Source: Phoronis australis (lineage: Eukaryota > Animalia > Phoronida). From it: DNA of 64,000 nucleotides. The stretch spans positions 636,141 to 700,140 of the forward strand of contig NMRA01000098.1 in NCBI GenBank assembly GCA_002633005.1, written 5' to 3'. The notes beneath the pieces are model-generated. The model did not search any database. It was not told the DNA's origin and saw only the letters and a list, made by a program, of their open reading frames with translations. Positions 1 through 12,588 of this stretch are shown here, in pieces. A program made the position numbers and the translations under genes. Numbering within the stretch: position 1 is the stretch's first letter; the number at the start of each line of letters is the position of its first letter.

Positions 1-99
1 TTACAACTGTATTATTAATGTTATGTTAATAAATGTATAGTTCGCCAACACCTTGTTAGTTTTTATAAACGGTAAATGATCCACAAACGTGAGTTTGTG

Positions 100-272
100 A
101 AAAAAATTGACACCGAGTGGGATTTTAAGAGGAAGTTTTCCGAATAAACGCCCACTGTCTGGACACTTGACATCTGAAGTCGAAACACCAAATAAACGTC
201 AATGGGCGTTTATTCGTCATAAACGCCCATGGAAGTTTTATCGAGTGGGCTTATCTACGGAAAATCCCGTTA
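100..272. mobile_element. Right end of a pogo-like element (same family as 49478-51171)
   Basis: aataaacgccc motifs and gggcttatctacggaaaatcccgtTA match 51030-51173. Confidence 0.75.
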
Positions 273-1058
273 GTGTCCAGGCTAGGTTACTACACATCTT
301 GTCTAGGTTTCCACCGTAAAAATATCGTAAGGTTAGGTTACCACTGGTTACTGAGTATAATGTCAAAGTTAAAGATTCACGAAGACATATTAACAATATT
401 TAAACTGGAGATGATTTACAAGTGAGAGAAAATAGCATAAATTTTACTGTGGTTTTTATTGAAATTGTGCGTCTTAAATGTTGGTACAATGCGGTTTATT
501 GAACATTCGAGTATTGCGCGTACTCCATTTTCACGTAAAATGACGTAAGCTGCTGAATAACTCAGTGGTTGAGGCGACGCCTGTCGTTACACGAAACCTG
601 AATGAAGCGTGTTCAAATCCGGCCTCGGATTCCCGCCAAAAATGTTAATCAACACGCATTGATTAACAAAATCGGTTGTAATGGCTATGGTTATGCGGCA
701 TAACTATCCCTTAAATGACGATAAGTTGCATACATTACGCACTAATTGTTTTGTTCACACACGCAATGATTTCACTAAGTATCCGCCTTCGTAAATTACC
801 CTGGAAACCGCTTTCCTTTGAATGTAAAGTGACGCAATTGGCGAAAACAAAGTCTGAATAAAATTCACACGTTCAGTGAACAGAATTACCCGAATTTATC
901 TCATACAACACTTCAAGAATTTTTCGGAAATTTTTCGTCAAAAACACTTCTCTTTTCTTGCAAAAATGTGCCTTTCTTTTGAAATCATACCCCAAAACAA
1001 CTCCAAAATGTTTTAGTCATGAAACCGATTATGCCTTTTTGAAGAATATTGATGAAAA

Positions 1059-1353
1059 CAGTGGCGGATTTGGATACCATAAAGAGGGGCGGGGCCAACA
1101 TGTTGCCTCGGGAATTGGGCAAAGCGCGATTGTATTTGCAGCACAAGCCCGAAGTTGCGGGAACCTTGTTCGAAAGATTTACCGGTGGGCTAAAAAAAAA
1201 AACGGGAACGCCGCAATCTAGGGCACCCCTTTCTCAACGTCCTAGTTCCTTACTCAATATTTCCTCGCGCTTCACGCTGTTGCTGTTCCATTTTTGCTTG
1301 ATGCAGCCAAGGGGGAGGGACGGACCCCCTGAGCCCCCCTAAGTCCGCCTATG
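1059..1353. mobile_element. MITE, CAGTGGCGGAT...TCCGCCTATG family, 5-bp TSD GAAAA
   Basis: TIRs plus GAAAA at 1054-1058 and 1354-1358; homologous to 10074-10386. Confidence 0.85.
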
Positions 1354-1598
1354 GAAAACAAGATAACGACGACAAAAATGATGACTTTCTGTGATCGTGA
1401 TGAGGAAGGCACGACCACCGTAAGGTTGAACTGTGCATACGTGTACCTTTGCATGAAGAAGCTGTCTATTCCTTCCAAAAAAACATGACGTTTTTATTTA
1501 TGTTTACCACAACGGCCTGACAAACGAAGCGTTTCTTTACAGCTGCTCGTTAATCAGGACAAGCTCGAGTTGAACACTTCCAACTCAAACAGATCAAA

Positions 1599-1599
<1 letters not shown>

Positions 1600-1661
<62 letters not shown>

Positions 1662-1810
1662 ACTGCTATTGCTACTGCTACTTCTGTTGAAACAAAGACG
1701 ACAATATCGACTCTGATAATATAATTGTAGCAGTAGTGGTGATGATGGTGGTGGTGATGATGGTGGTGGTGATGATGGTGGTGGTGATGATGGTGGTGCT
1801 GATGATAATG
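1600..1810. repeat. (CTG)20 microsatellite followed by a (GATGATGGTGGTGGT)n repeat
   Basis: Direct reading; explains the polyA/polyH/polyS ORFs. Confidence 0.95.
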
Positions 1811-4214
1811 TAGAAATAGTAATGACAAATATCACAATAATAGTAACGCGAACGATTAGGACAATGCCAATAATGAAGTTTCGTTGCTACCATAAAATAT
1901 TGTTAGTTATACGTTTCAAGATATACACGTAGAACAACCTGCAGCAGATTCCATTTCTTTTACGCAGCAATAACTCATTTTTCATTGGTGAAACAGGGTC
2001 AAACTGACAAATAGAAAATAAAGCTCCATTTACAAGCACGAAAAACTCATTAACTTCATAAACAGCATTTCATCACTTTTAATGTACCCGACAAATATGA
2101 TTTCATTATAAGTACGGTGAAACGCAACGGCGTCATTTTTTGGCATCTTGAAATGTACAGGGTGGTAGGTGAGCACTGCAGGAGCCAGGGGATCCCAAAT
2201 CACCAAGCCCACAGTTTATTGCCAAAATGCTGGGACGATTTATTACGGGAGATTGGGGAGGCAAAGCTGACGTTACACGTCTTTAATGGGGAATGTGTGA
2301 TATCGTTTTCTTCTGCTGCACGTGAGTGCAAATCTACACACGGTATCGCCACCTGTTTTATGCTTCTGACTACGCTACCGCAAAAGCTCATTCGGCGGTA
2401 TAACTTCTTTGTTTCATGACAAAGCTGCGTTTGATTTATTAGCTTGTTTCATAAGAAATCTAAATGGAATGCACTGATCAGATACTTTTGACTCACCCAT
2501 TTAAGATGTTCGTCATTTGCCTGCATCAGGTTTTGTGCGATGGAACGGGTATAAATTTCTGCACTCTGTCGTATCTGCGCAATACTTCTACCGTTATACA
2601 CATATCGAGGCTGTGTATTAACAAGCGACGCTGTGAAGTTTCAGAAACTCACCATGAAACATATGGTAAGCTGAAGAAGGTACCATTAAAGTCGCTTATT
2701 TAAAAAAAAAAACTTTGACTGTAATAGATTTGACCGTATAAGCAGCAATATATTCCATTAGTGCCTTGGTTAGAACTGCTCTCCTCATGATGGCATATAA
2801 AATATTTCTAAATGTCATTTTGCTTTTATTTCCTCCAACTTCTTACTATTAAAGTCAGTTACAAATACATTGAAGGCGGCGGAAGCAGATCGTCACCCAC
2901 ATTTTCAGCGTCGCTTGCTGTATAAATGTAACTGCAGTTCTTATTTCTCACGTTTCACACTACTTATCATAAATTATGACCTTATGTCACATCCAGCGTT
3001 TTCATCGTTTCATTAAAAAGTTCACTTTGGAACCTCACCCATGTTGTCTTCGCATTATTAGGTAAGAAATTTATTGCATCAACAAACAAGTACAAAAACA
3101 AAATGTAATTCAGCTTACCACCTTAAAAATATTACTACTGGACCATATGTAAAAGTTATGCCTGCTGCAACAGAACGACCACTTCTCCTGGAAGCGTTCA
3201 GGCGTAACTTTTTCCAGGTTGCGATATTGACAAATTTCACGCAATAATAATTGAAAACTAGGTTTAGCATTTTACAACCGGTGCTTATGATAATGATATT
3301 GTGTTGAGCAGAGAATTAAATTGACAACTTCCAACCTACTGGTTTGGTTAGAGGGTTATTACACTGATCTATCATCCACGACAAAAATTGAACAAATGTA
3401 AGTCTAAAACTGTTTCTTTCTTTCTTTCTTTCTTTACTTTGCTCACGGAAAGAGCACAAAAGCTGCTGGCGACTAGCTTTATGCAAATAAGAGTTTGCCG
3501 TCTTCAAATTCACCATTTGTTCAATTTTTCTTCAAACATTTCCTTTCGCGACTGGTCTTGTTAAGTTTCAAAGTAATTCAAAATGAAGGTAAATGTGCCA
3601 AGAAATTTATCTACCCGATGAGTGAGGAGGAATTTCTCGGATTATATGTGTGTTTACATATTTATGTTTATTATGTAGATAACGTAATGTTTAATTAACG
3701 TAACGTAAGGTATTGAAATTTTTAAATCAGGAGTTATACTGTTGGATATGAGATGTCGCAAGGCGGGAGTACACTGTAATCTTTCAGGGGAAAGGTCCGC
3801 ATAAGTCCTAAAATCGGCATGCTGACGACGTTTCCTTCTTTATTTCGTTGGTCATGTCCGTAGTCCTTCCCCCTCCTCTTAAATCAGCTTATTAGTTAGA
3901 ATACGTTGATGTCTTCCGAACGCCAATCATAAGCCGGTGGTGGTTTTCAAAAGAAATTTGCAATGCTGTACATTCGCTGTTGTAGCCAGACCTTCTGCCT
4001 AAATTATAAAGACATCCCTTGCTAAAAGTTAGGCGTCCTTTACAAAACGACATGTCCCTAATTATAGAAATCTGACGTTTAAGCAATGCGACTTGAAGTC
4101 TACAAAGGACTATTCACTTTTAAATTTCGTTCACCGAGTCCCTAGATACCATGCAGTACACAGATTGGCCTTGTCCTAGTCAGTGAGAAACTCGGTGTCT
4201 TTCCCGACTCATCC

Positions 4215-4535
4215 CAGGGGCGGATCCAGGATTTTGAGTTAGAGGCGGCCAGGGTACAAGAATAACCAGAATTTCGTCACATATGCGCGCCCAGCCTAAA
4301 ATGTAGGAATTCCGGAGTCTCAAATATTTGCGTTTGCGGATCTTATTACTAAAAAAATATAAAAAATAATATAAAAAACGGTAAACGGGGTTTGCTCAAG
4401 GCCTATGCATTGTGCATTCGCACCCCGAACCCCCTGGGTGCTCGCATATGCTAGTCAGCAATTCGCACCCCGAACTCCCAAATGGTATCTGGGAGAATTT
4501 TTGGGGAGGGGTATGGCCCCCTTGCATCCTTCTGC
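4215..4535. mobile_element. Truncated CAGGGGCGGAT-family element
   Basis: Shares left terminus and internal sequence with the 7180 and 43320 copies; no right TIR seen. Confidence 0.7.
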
Positions 4536-5724
4536 ATAGTGATTTGTGTAGGCTTTTGTTGAATTGAATGACGCCAACAGTTAAGGCTTGTTATCGGAAA
4601 TACAGAAATGTGAGTGAATAATGCAAAAAGACTTCGCGCATCGACCCACTTCATGGAGAAAAGCACAACCGTTATATTTTATTCATGAAGTATTGCAACT
4701 ACGAAAAGTAAGATTTTGTGTACAAAATTTAAGTCAAATTGTTACATTGGGTTTCTATCTGTAGCACCCGTGACACTAATTCACAGACAGCTTACATGTC
4801 TATCTGAACAGCTCCATAATTTTGTCTTGTCTAAGCCACGTGTACACAAAGACCCGGTATTAGGACAATTTAAAGCACTGTACACGTGGCGTAATCAAAA
4901 GTCAAATAAGTTGAAGTGACTTAGCACCCGTTGAGTCTTTTTCCTGCGAACAGTTTATAGATCTGGGTTGATGTATTCCGTGAGCTCATACCTCTCGCCA
5001 AAAAGATAGATCACAGACGACCACGCTAATGAAAGGCGAGCGTTTCGCAAGCATGCCTGGCAGCGTAGCCTAAAAATGGCGGACCCTGATGCGATTGGTC
5101 GGTGAGTGGTCATGGAAAACACTTGACTGTTTCAGTTTCATAAGCGTAGATTTCTCGCCGCAAGTGCTTCGCGAGTGTCTTGGGTCTACGGAACGCAGCT
5201 ATGCGTGACAACCTTTAAAACCATCTAGTAATCAAATGAGTCATTGTAAATGAATAGTAAACATATAAGGGTAGATCCTTTGCATAAAATGTAAGTTACA
5301 TGGACCGAGAGAGAGGGTTCTGTACCTGCACATGTCCGATCTGGGACCAGTCTTTATTTGGTTTATTACTAATGCTTCTCTTCTACGATTTCTTCTTCCA
5401 TTAGCTTGCCTTGATTTCGTTGTTTCGATATACTGCCATTTCGTGTTCGTGGACCTGGGTCTTACCTCTGTACTCAATTAAATTGAGAGTCTGCGTTCAC
5501 TCTGAGGTGGAAATTAAATCCTGTACCCAGAGGTTTATCGGTTATGCAGCTTGCATATGGTCAATTCGTTTGTGAATAGCGACATCGGTCGCTCCAGGTG
5601 GCTTCAAAAGTAATATTCCCATCCGGGCAACATCACTTCGTAACGGAGGTCATCTGATGATCATACTGTTTTCCCCAATCAGAAGTCATTACTGGTACTT
5701 AAATAAGTTTTTGGCCACAATAAG

Positions 5725-7165
5725 ATTAGAAACCGGACGATCGCCGCACAAATAAAAAAAGTTCATGTTCAATTCACCGTTTCGTCTTTTTCATTAGACA
5801 TCATCAGGATCATATTTATAACAATTTAGGACAACAAGTGCCAACATACAGCTCAGGTAACATCCGTAGAGTGAAGTGAGAGATACATAGAATATAATCA
5901 GTAGCTGGTTATCCCCATAGTTGCAGGGTCACTGAGCTCTGCATGTTATTCAGAGAATCAGTAGCATGCTGGTTCTGAATGGCCAGTGACTATTTAATGT
6001 ACAGTAACTCCTTATTAGGTTCTCTGCAGATAATACAAACAGAGTTGACTTGGTGATTGTAGCTAATACAATGCCTATATATGTTACTTTCCTCTGAGGT
6101 GTGATGTTCGTTCAACTTGTCACAGATGCGTTTCTGTGTGAGTCCTATGTATACATAACATTGCTCGTTCAATAAAGGGATGGGTGATTTCAGTTTACAC
6201 AGCATATTGGAAAGTTTCCGAAGAGGTTTGAAAACAACTATCAGTTCAACTGCTGGGTCTATGCAATGAATAAGGCGAGACGTTTCAATTTTATACTATT
6301 TGGCCCGATGTAACCAAGAGAAAAGAAAACTTTCTTTTTCTCGGGTCCAATAACATCTACCTTATCTGCCTCATTCATTTTTGAAAGGAAGTGCCTTTTA
6401 CAGCTATTCAGAAAATTCAGAGGGGAAACCATTGGCACGCAATAACTGGAAAATCATAGCTACGTCACTATCAAAATTTAAATTGGTGGAGCATATTCTC
6501 CAGGCACGATGTAACAAGCAATTGACTAGACCTCTCTTGTACTGGATAGGCACAAAACTATCACATTTAAGATACACGGATGTAACAACGGTGCTATTCT
6601 CACGTTTAACCAAGACATCTAGAAAAGGTAAACACGACTAGCGCTCAGATTCAATGGTGAAGTTGATGGACGGATGCATTTTGTTCATGTGATTAAAAAA
6701 GGTGTTGAGTGAGCTCTTGGACGAAAACACAACAAACGTATAGTCACATACCTACGATAAAATTGTGTGACAGGCTGAAAGAACATCACACCTCATAGAA
6801 AAGTAACATATATAGGCATTGTATTAGCTATAATCACCAAGCCAACTCCGTTGGTATTATCTGCAGAGAACCTAATAAGGAGTTACTGTACATTAAATAG
6901 TCATTGGCCATTCAGAACCAGCATGCCACTGATTCTCTGAATAACATGCAGAGCTCAGTGACCCTGCAACTATGGTGATGACCAGCTACTGACTATGTTC
7001 TGTGTATCTCTCACTTCACTCTATGGATGTTACCTGAGCTGTATGTTGGCACTTGTTGTCCTAAATTGTTATAAATATGATCCTGATGATGTCAAATGAA
7101 AAGACGAAACGTTAAATTGAACATGAACTTTTTTATTTGTGCGGTGATCGTCCGGTTTTTAACAT
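5725..7165 (-). mobile_element. Penelope-like retroelement remnant (RT thumb + GIY-YIG endonuclease) flanked by ~300-bp inverted pseudo-LTRs
   Basis: Fragments KRGLVNCLLHRAWRICS...LLRANGFP and YIGLTQKRICDKLNEH; ~5730-6035 is the reverse complement of ~6855-7160. Confidence 0.88.
7075..7126 (+). ncRNA. Putative minimal hammerhead ribozyme motif in the PLE pLTR (mirror copy on minus strand ~5765-5812; partial at ~33972-33985)
   Basis: CTGATGA-t-GTC-aaatgaaaa-GAC-GAAA-cgtt: both core boxes, stem II and a palindromic AACGTT stem-III region; stem I pairing is weak. Confidence 0.5.
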
Positions 7166-7179
7166 TACCGGTACACTTC

Positions 7180-7427
7180 CAGGGGCGGATCCAGGATTTT
7201 GAGTTGGGGGGAGGGGGCAGGGAACAGGAATAACCGGAATTTCGCCACATGCGCGCGCCCAGCCTAAAGTATAGGGGTGCAGGGGTCTCGAATTTTGGGG
7301 TTTGTGGACCTTATTACTAAAACAACAACAAAAAACGGTCAACGGGCTTTGTTCAAAGCCTTCCAAATGGTATGTGGGAGAATTTTAGGGGGCCATGGTC
7401 CCCTTGGCCTCCCTAAATCCGCCACTG
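7180..7427. mobile_element. MITE, CAGGGGCGGAT...ATCCGCCACTG family, 5-bp TSD ACTTC
   Basis: TIRs plus ACTTC at 7175-7179 and 7428-7432; truncated relatives start at 4215 and 43320. Confidence 0.85.
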
Positions 7428-7860
7428 ACTTCTGTCGTGGATTGGCTCAAACGCTATGCGAGAAATGGAGTTATGAGGTTGAGTTGACCGTGTACCTGTG
7501 GAATATCACGTATTGCTAGAAATTTATGTACTTTTCATTCATGTCGTCGGAGATCAGGTGTCGCTGTTTTTGAGATCTGACCAATTACAGGCCGCGGAAA
7601 TCATATCCCTGACTGACGGTATTAGAATTAAACAAGGCGAACATACGATGGCTGTATATCAAAGGGGGTAATAACTTGACAATTTATTGCAAGGCGAACA
7701 AATCAGGGGAAAGAAGCACCAGTGGTAATATAAGAATACAAAAATAGATTGACCTATCAGACTTTGGCCTCGGGGGCACATCGCTCTTCTACGGTCCATG
7801 TGACGATGTGACGTAATACCACACTCGAGTATGTATTCTAAACAGCTGATACCATTTCAC

Positions 7861-9647
7861 ATGCAAGTTCCAGTGGCTGCTGCTCTTCTTGGGTCTGCTA
7901 GTAATAGTTCACACGCAAGCAGAAGACACCGAAAAACAACCTATGGAGATCTCACAAGAAGAAGACGACAACGGAATCCTGGGGGTTGAGAGAGAGATAG
8001 ACGAACCTGAGGATGACGTAGAAACACAGGACGTTGAGAAAGAAGTGGAAAAATCAGTCGACGAATTACAAGACGATGGCACCGACGAACAAGTTAACCT
8101 GGCTGGGCGACAATCTAGCCAGCCTAAACCAGATTTCTGCAACGGCTGTCGAAAAATACAGCGCCTGGTCAAGAGAGGTCCTCACCCAAATCTCTATGGT
8201 TTCAGCCACTGTTACGTAATAGGAGAAGCTGCGCTGTGGACGAGTAAATGCCGCTTTCCGGGGTAAAAAATACATTTTAGCGTTGTTATAAACGCAATTT
8301 TATTTGTCTTTCAATTCTCCTTCCCGGTGATTAAAACACATATCACAACTTTTCTTATTCATACACTAATCTTTTCTCCATTCTGCGTTTTTTCGTTTGC
8401 ATTCACGTAATAGGGGATTGAGGGGAGCCCATCCCCCAAGATTAGGCCCGCAATGGTGAAAAACAACGCAAAACGAGAAAAGATGTCCGGCACGGAAGCC
8501 TGTTTTGTGATTGATCTGCCTCTCTGTCGAAGGAAATTAAATTACACGAAAGTTTGTAGACCAAAACATGTAGCTTAATGCATTATCTTCCATTACAAGC
8601 TTTCGGGGCTCTGTTTCAGGACAAGTGACATAAGATTAGTAGGATCACATCGACATGTATGTGCACTAGAAAACACTAGTTTTTAACTGTCAGTGAAAGT
8701 ATATATTTACTTTAAGTGCAAAGCCTGTACAAAGAGATGTTTGACTCGTACCAATCTGTTATTAATTGGGTCACGTGACCACAATGTTTTTTTAGTGAAA
8801 TTTAGCGAAAAAGGAAGGTACAACATGGATAGCAAAACTGCGGTGTCAATAACGTGCTCAAGTTATATTTGATGTAAATGTTCAAGGTGCAAAAGTGGAA
8901 CATTTTAAGAACAATTCCTATGAGCTCTGTTGAGAACAGTGCATCAAACATAGTATATCTGAAAGTGTCATATGAATCCGATCAGCCATTTGTGAGATAT
9001 GATGTTCCGAAGTCAGCCAAAATTGGTCATTTTTATAGGGTCCTGCATATTGACAGATAAAATTATTTGGTTTTACGCTTCACATAAATATTTCTGAAAA
9101 ATAATTAGAATTCACTTTATCAAAAAAAAAACAAAGTATCTGAGAATATATCCATACCTGCTACTCGATAAAACAATTTGTTGAAATTATTTCCAGGCAG
9201 TGATGTGATAATAATTAGATGACTAAATCTAATTTGGTAATTGTGAAGCAGGGGCGTAATACCACGTGATAAGTCACTTTTCATGAAACGTACCCGGTAA
9301 TCTAGATGACAGCCATTTCTTGTATTTTGATTGGTACATATCTAGATTCAACAGTTTGTTTGCCAGACTAGTTATATCAGCATAGTGCGAGACAAGTACT
9401 TTGTAATATTTCTCGAAGTTATAAAACTAATATGGTAAGAGAGCCGCTGCCAAATGCTTTCAAATTCTATTCCAGACGTCGCTGCCGCGCCTATTGTACC
9501 ACCTACAAACAAGGAAAATGTTACACAGCGGAAAGATCAATTCGAGTTGGTTCGAGATGCTACTATTACAAAGGCAGAAGACTACCTTTTGGGTTCCCGA
9601 GAATGTTGTGGTTGCGCGTTCATTGCTGCGGCTGTGTGTATAAATGA
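7861..9647 (+). CDS. Two-exon secreted Cys-rich cationic peptide precursor (macin/CSab defensin-like; candidate antimicrobial peptide or toxin); exons ~7861-8262 and 9476-9647
   Basis: Hydrophobic leader KFQWLLLFLGLLVIVHTQA, D/E-rich spacer, then R/K/C-rich domain. GG|gtaaaa donor at 8263 and ttctattccag|A acceptor at 9475 are both phase 2. AATAAA at 9835-9840. The ATG at 7861 is 1 nt out of frame. Confidence 0.72.
8660..9080 (+). repeat. Dispersed repeat in the intron of the peptide gene; related to ~22130-22600 and ~51850-52080
   Basis: Shared gtcacgtg..aaatttagc and ctgaaagt.tcat.tgaatcc.atcagcca blocks. Confidence 0.6.
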
Positions 9648-10073
9648 ACTCTCAAATGCTTTCATCGCGCAGTGTGAACGTGGTAATTATAAACAAAAGT
9701 GTTTACAATAACTTCCTTGACTTTGCTGTTGTGGAAATTCTGATCGCCAATATGGTATCGTAATTTTGTGTTGTAACCCGTGCGGATTCAGCCACTTTTT
9801 ATGCTGAAGTCACTCGCGCTGTGTAACTTAAGAAAATAAAAAAATGAAATGTGCTGTAGGAACACTTTCAAGATTGATTCAATTTATTTATCGGAAGCGA
9901 CAGCTTTTTGCATTCGCTTATGGCTGGTCACCTGTGTAAGAAGTTGTCAGCATACATTCTCATGCAAATTCCAAGTCGCAATCTATTGAGTGTTTATGCT
10001 TGAAAGTATACGTTTTGTAAACTGCATGCGATGAACACTGATCACCACAATCGCTCTGTGTTGTGTGTGGACC

Positions 10074-10386
10074 CAGTGGCGGATCTAGGATACCATAAGG
10101 GAGGGGGGGGCCAGCATGTTGCCTCGGGGCCAGAATTGGGCAAAGCGCGATTGCACAGGCGGCCCGAAAGTTGTAGGGGGCCGGGGAAAATCTATAGACT
10201 AAAAAAACGGGAACGCGAACCCGCCGCGATCTGGGTTCTGAGTCGCCCCCCCCCCCTTCTCCACTACCGGTCCTAGTTACTGAACTCAATATTTCCTCAC
10301 GCTTCACGCTGTTGCTGCTTCATTTTGCTTGCGGCAGCCAAGGGGGGGGGGGGGTCCCTCTGCCCCCCCCCCTAAATCTGCCTATG
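10074..10386. mobile_element. MITE, CAGTGGCGGAT family
   Basis: Same termini and internal sequence as 1059-1353; flanks tggacc/tggtcc (imperfect TSD). Confidence 0.8.
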
Positions 10387-12554
10387 TGGTCCAACTTACG
10401 CATAGGACCGGACGAAGATTCAGACTACGCATACCCGAAGCAAAGGCGAATGCAAACGGTCGGAATTGTCGTCTGCGTGTGCCTTATCCTGTCAACTGGC
10501 ATGCGTTCCGTACAACCATGAAACTCGCGAAAACATAAGATTTCGCACGATATCGCCATGCATTACAAGCGAATCACGTGATCCAACTATCTTCATTTCA
10601 CTAGCAAAATCCTCGAGTCTAGAGAACGCAACCCTGAAGATCATTATTTAGACTTACTGGTCGCAAGTCTCCGTTTAGACTCCGCAAAACTGTCGTAAAG
10701 TTATGTCGTAATGAAACAGACCTCACAATACCTTCTTTAACCCAGGTTTATATTATTGTTTAACAATACATTTGACAAGTAGATATAATGTAACAGATAG
10801 GTGGGTATAATTTGTTAGCATTTCACATCGTTTCAGTTACAGCCTCTTGTTCTTTTAAGGGCAAGTCAGCTTTGGACGATTTTCCCTCCAGATTAACGTA
10901 GTCCTGAGTAAATGCTCGCTTGTACTCCGTACTAAAATAAAATGATAGAATTACAAATACACACTCAATTTTAAGTGTTGATATTAATTAGTGTTCAATG
11001 TAACAATTAAGCTAGCACAGGCCAGTTAAACAAGACCAGCGTTGATTCATGACAACGGTTTTGCAGCTGACAAGCATCAAAGGCAATCTTCATTGGAAAT
11101 ATGTCAGTTTAATGAGAACATTGTAAACATTCGTTCAAATGATCCCTTTAAAATTCCCGTATTTTCGACAGCGCTGATACAGCCTAAACGGTGCATGGCA
11201 CTCAGGCGTAAGTGTCTGTCTAAAACCCCGTCCACACGATTGCGTTTTCACAAGAAGAACCATACTCATCCACTAAAACGACAAACCAAGTTGTAAATTT
11301 AAAACATTCTCCAGAGTACTCATTGCACTCGTTTGGACGCCGATGCAAAAACGCAACATTTCAAAATCATAGACGCCTGTCAGTGACAATGGCTGGTTCC
11401 TCGCCAAAACACTAGATGACTGCTGTCTCTAAAAAAGCCTAACTCAACCACTGTCACATTTTTGTTACAGGGGCGGAGCCTAGTGATAGTCGCGAGTTTA
11501 AATCCCATTGCACGAGAACATAATATCAAGCAGTGTAGCAGCCTCATCCTCAAGCCTCAAATGGCTAAACCGATCCACGCCATCTTGAGGCTTGGGGACG
11601 AGGCTTGGGGACGAGGCTGGGAGTGTAGTAGAATATTAAACTCCTTGATAATATCTAGGCGCGAGACAACACCGTAGATAAAAAGTTCAAGCATATATTC
11701 TGGGCAATGAGATGGCAATTTTACGTGTCAACAGTGCTGATTGACATGAAAGGCAATCAGGTTTTTCAAAACAGTCTCTAATTTCTTGAGGCTGTGGAAG
11801 TCTTGATTAAGGTGTTCTTGAAAACACAAAAAGTTGGGTTTTAGGTCATATTCGTGTAGAGGGAAAACAATGTGAAACGATCGAGGACAAAAAATGAAAG
11901 AGCAGAATAACAACGCTATCGCGTGGACAGTGTCCAAAGCTAGCTTGACAGGCGTAAAATGACGCCGCAGTGTCAAATTCAAATCCGTTTTCCAGGCGAG
12001 TACAACTTGTGCCCGATCACAATGCGGAAGTGGACGGAAAAGCCGGGTCCTGCGGAACGGCATCAATTAGAAACTAATTACTTTAAAGCTGCTTTACTTG
12101 CGTTTTGCGAATAAGACTCTAAAATTCAAATGAAACCGAATTTATGGTATGTTACATATATGGTATACCAAGAAGTTCCCAAAGTCATGTCCCCTTGCAT
12201 TTTCCAACAACAATCTCGGAACTTTTATTGGGTCCCCAAAAAACTTGAAACATTGCCAATCAATTGGATCGCATATCGAAAGGAGACTCTGGACATGAAA
12301 CGAGCGTAAAAGTTGCCAAGGTTTTGTAGAATAGCTAAGTTCAATTAAAACCAACAAATTACTGATTATTTACAGTCAATCGTCATCAAAATGAAAACTA
12401 CCACAGGTCATTTAGCTATAGTGTCAATTTGCTTCGTGTAAAAGGCACCCGACTGTGTCTCTACATCCTGCCTCTTATACAACGCTTGTATTATAAACCC
12501 CTGTTCCGTCCAAGAACCACACTTTTCACTGACAACTTACCACCAAAATTTGTC

Positions 12555-12588
12555 TCAACTTATTCTTTGAGAAGATAAACAGTGATGT
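12555..12588 (-). CDS. SLC22 putative last coding exon ([10 protein letters not shown])
   Basis: Pyrimidine-rich acceptor tctttctaaacccag, phase-2 compatible; followed 14 nt after the stop by a GTAAGT donor. Confidence 0.6.

Noticed and set aside
1550-1893. PolyHis/polyAla/polySer ORFs
   Set aside because: Translations of CTG and GAT/GGT microsatellites; no splice or domain support
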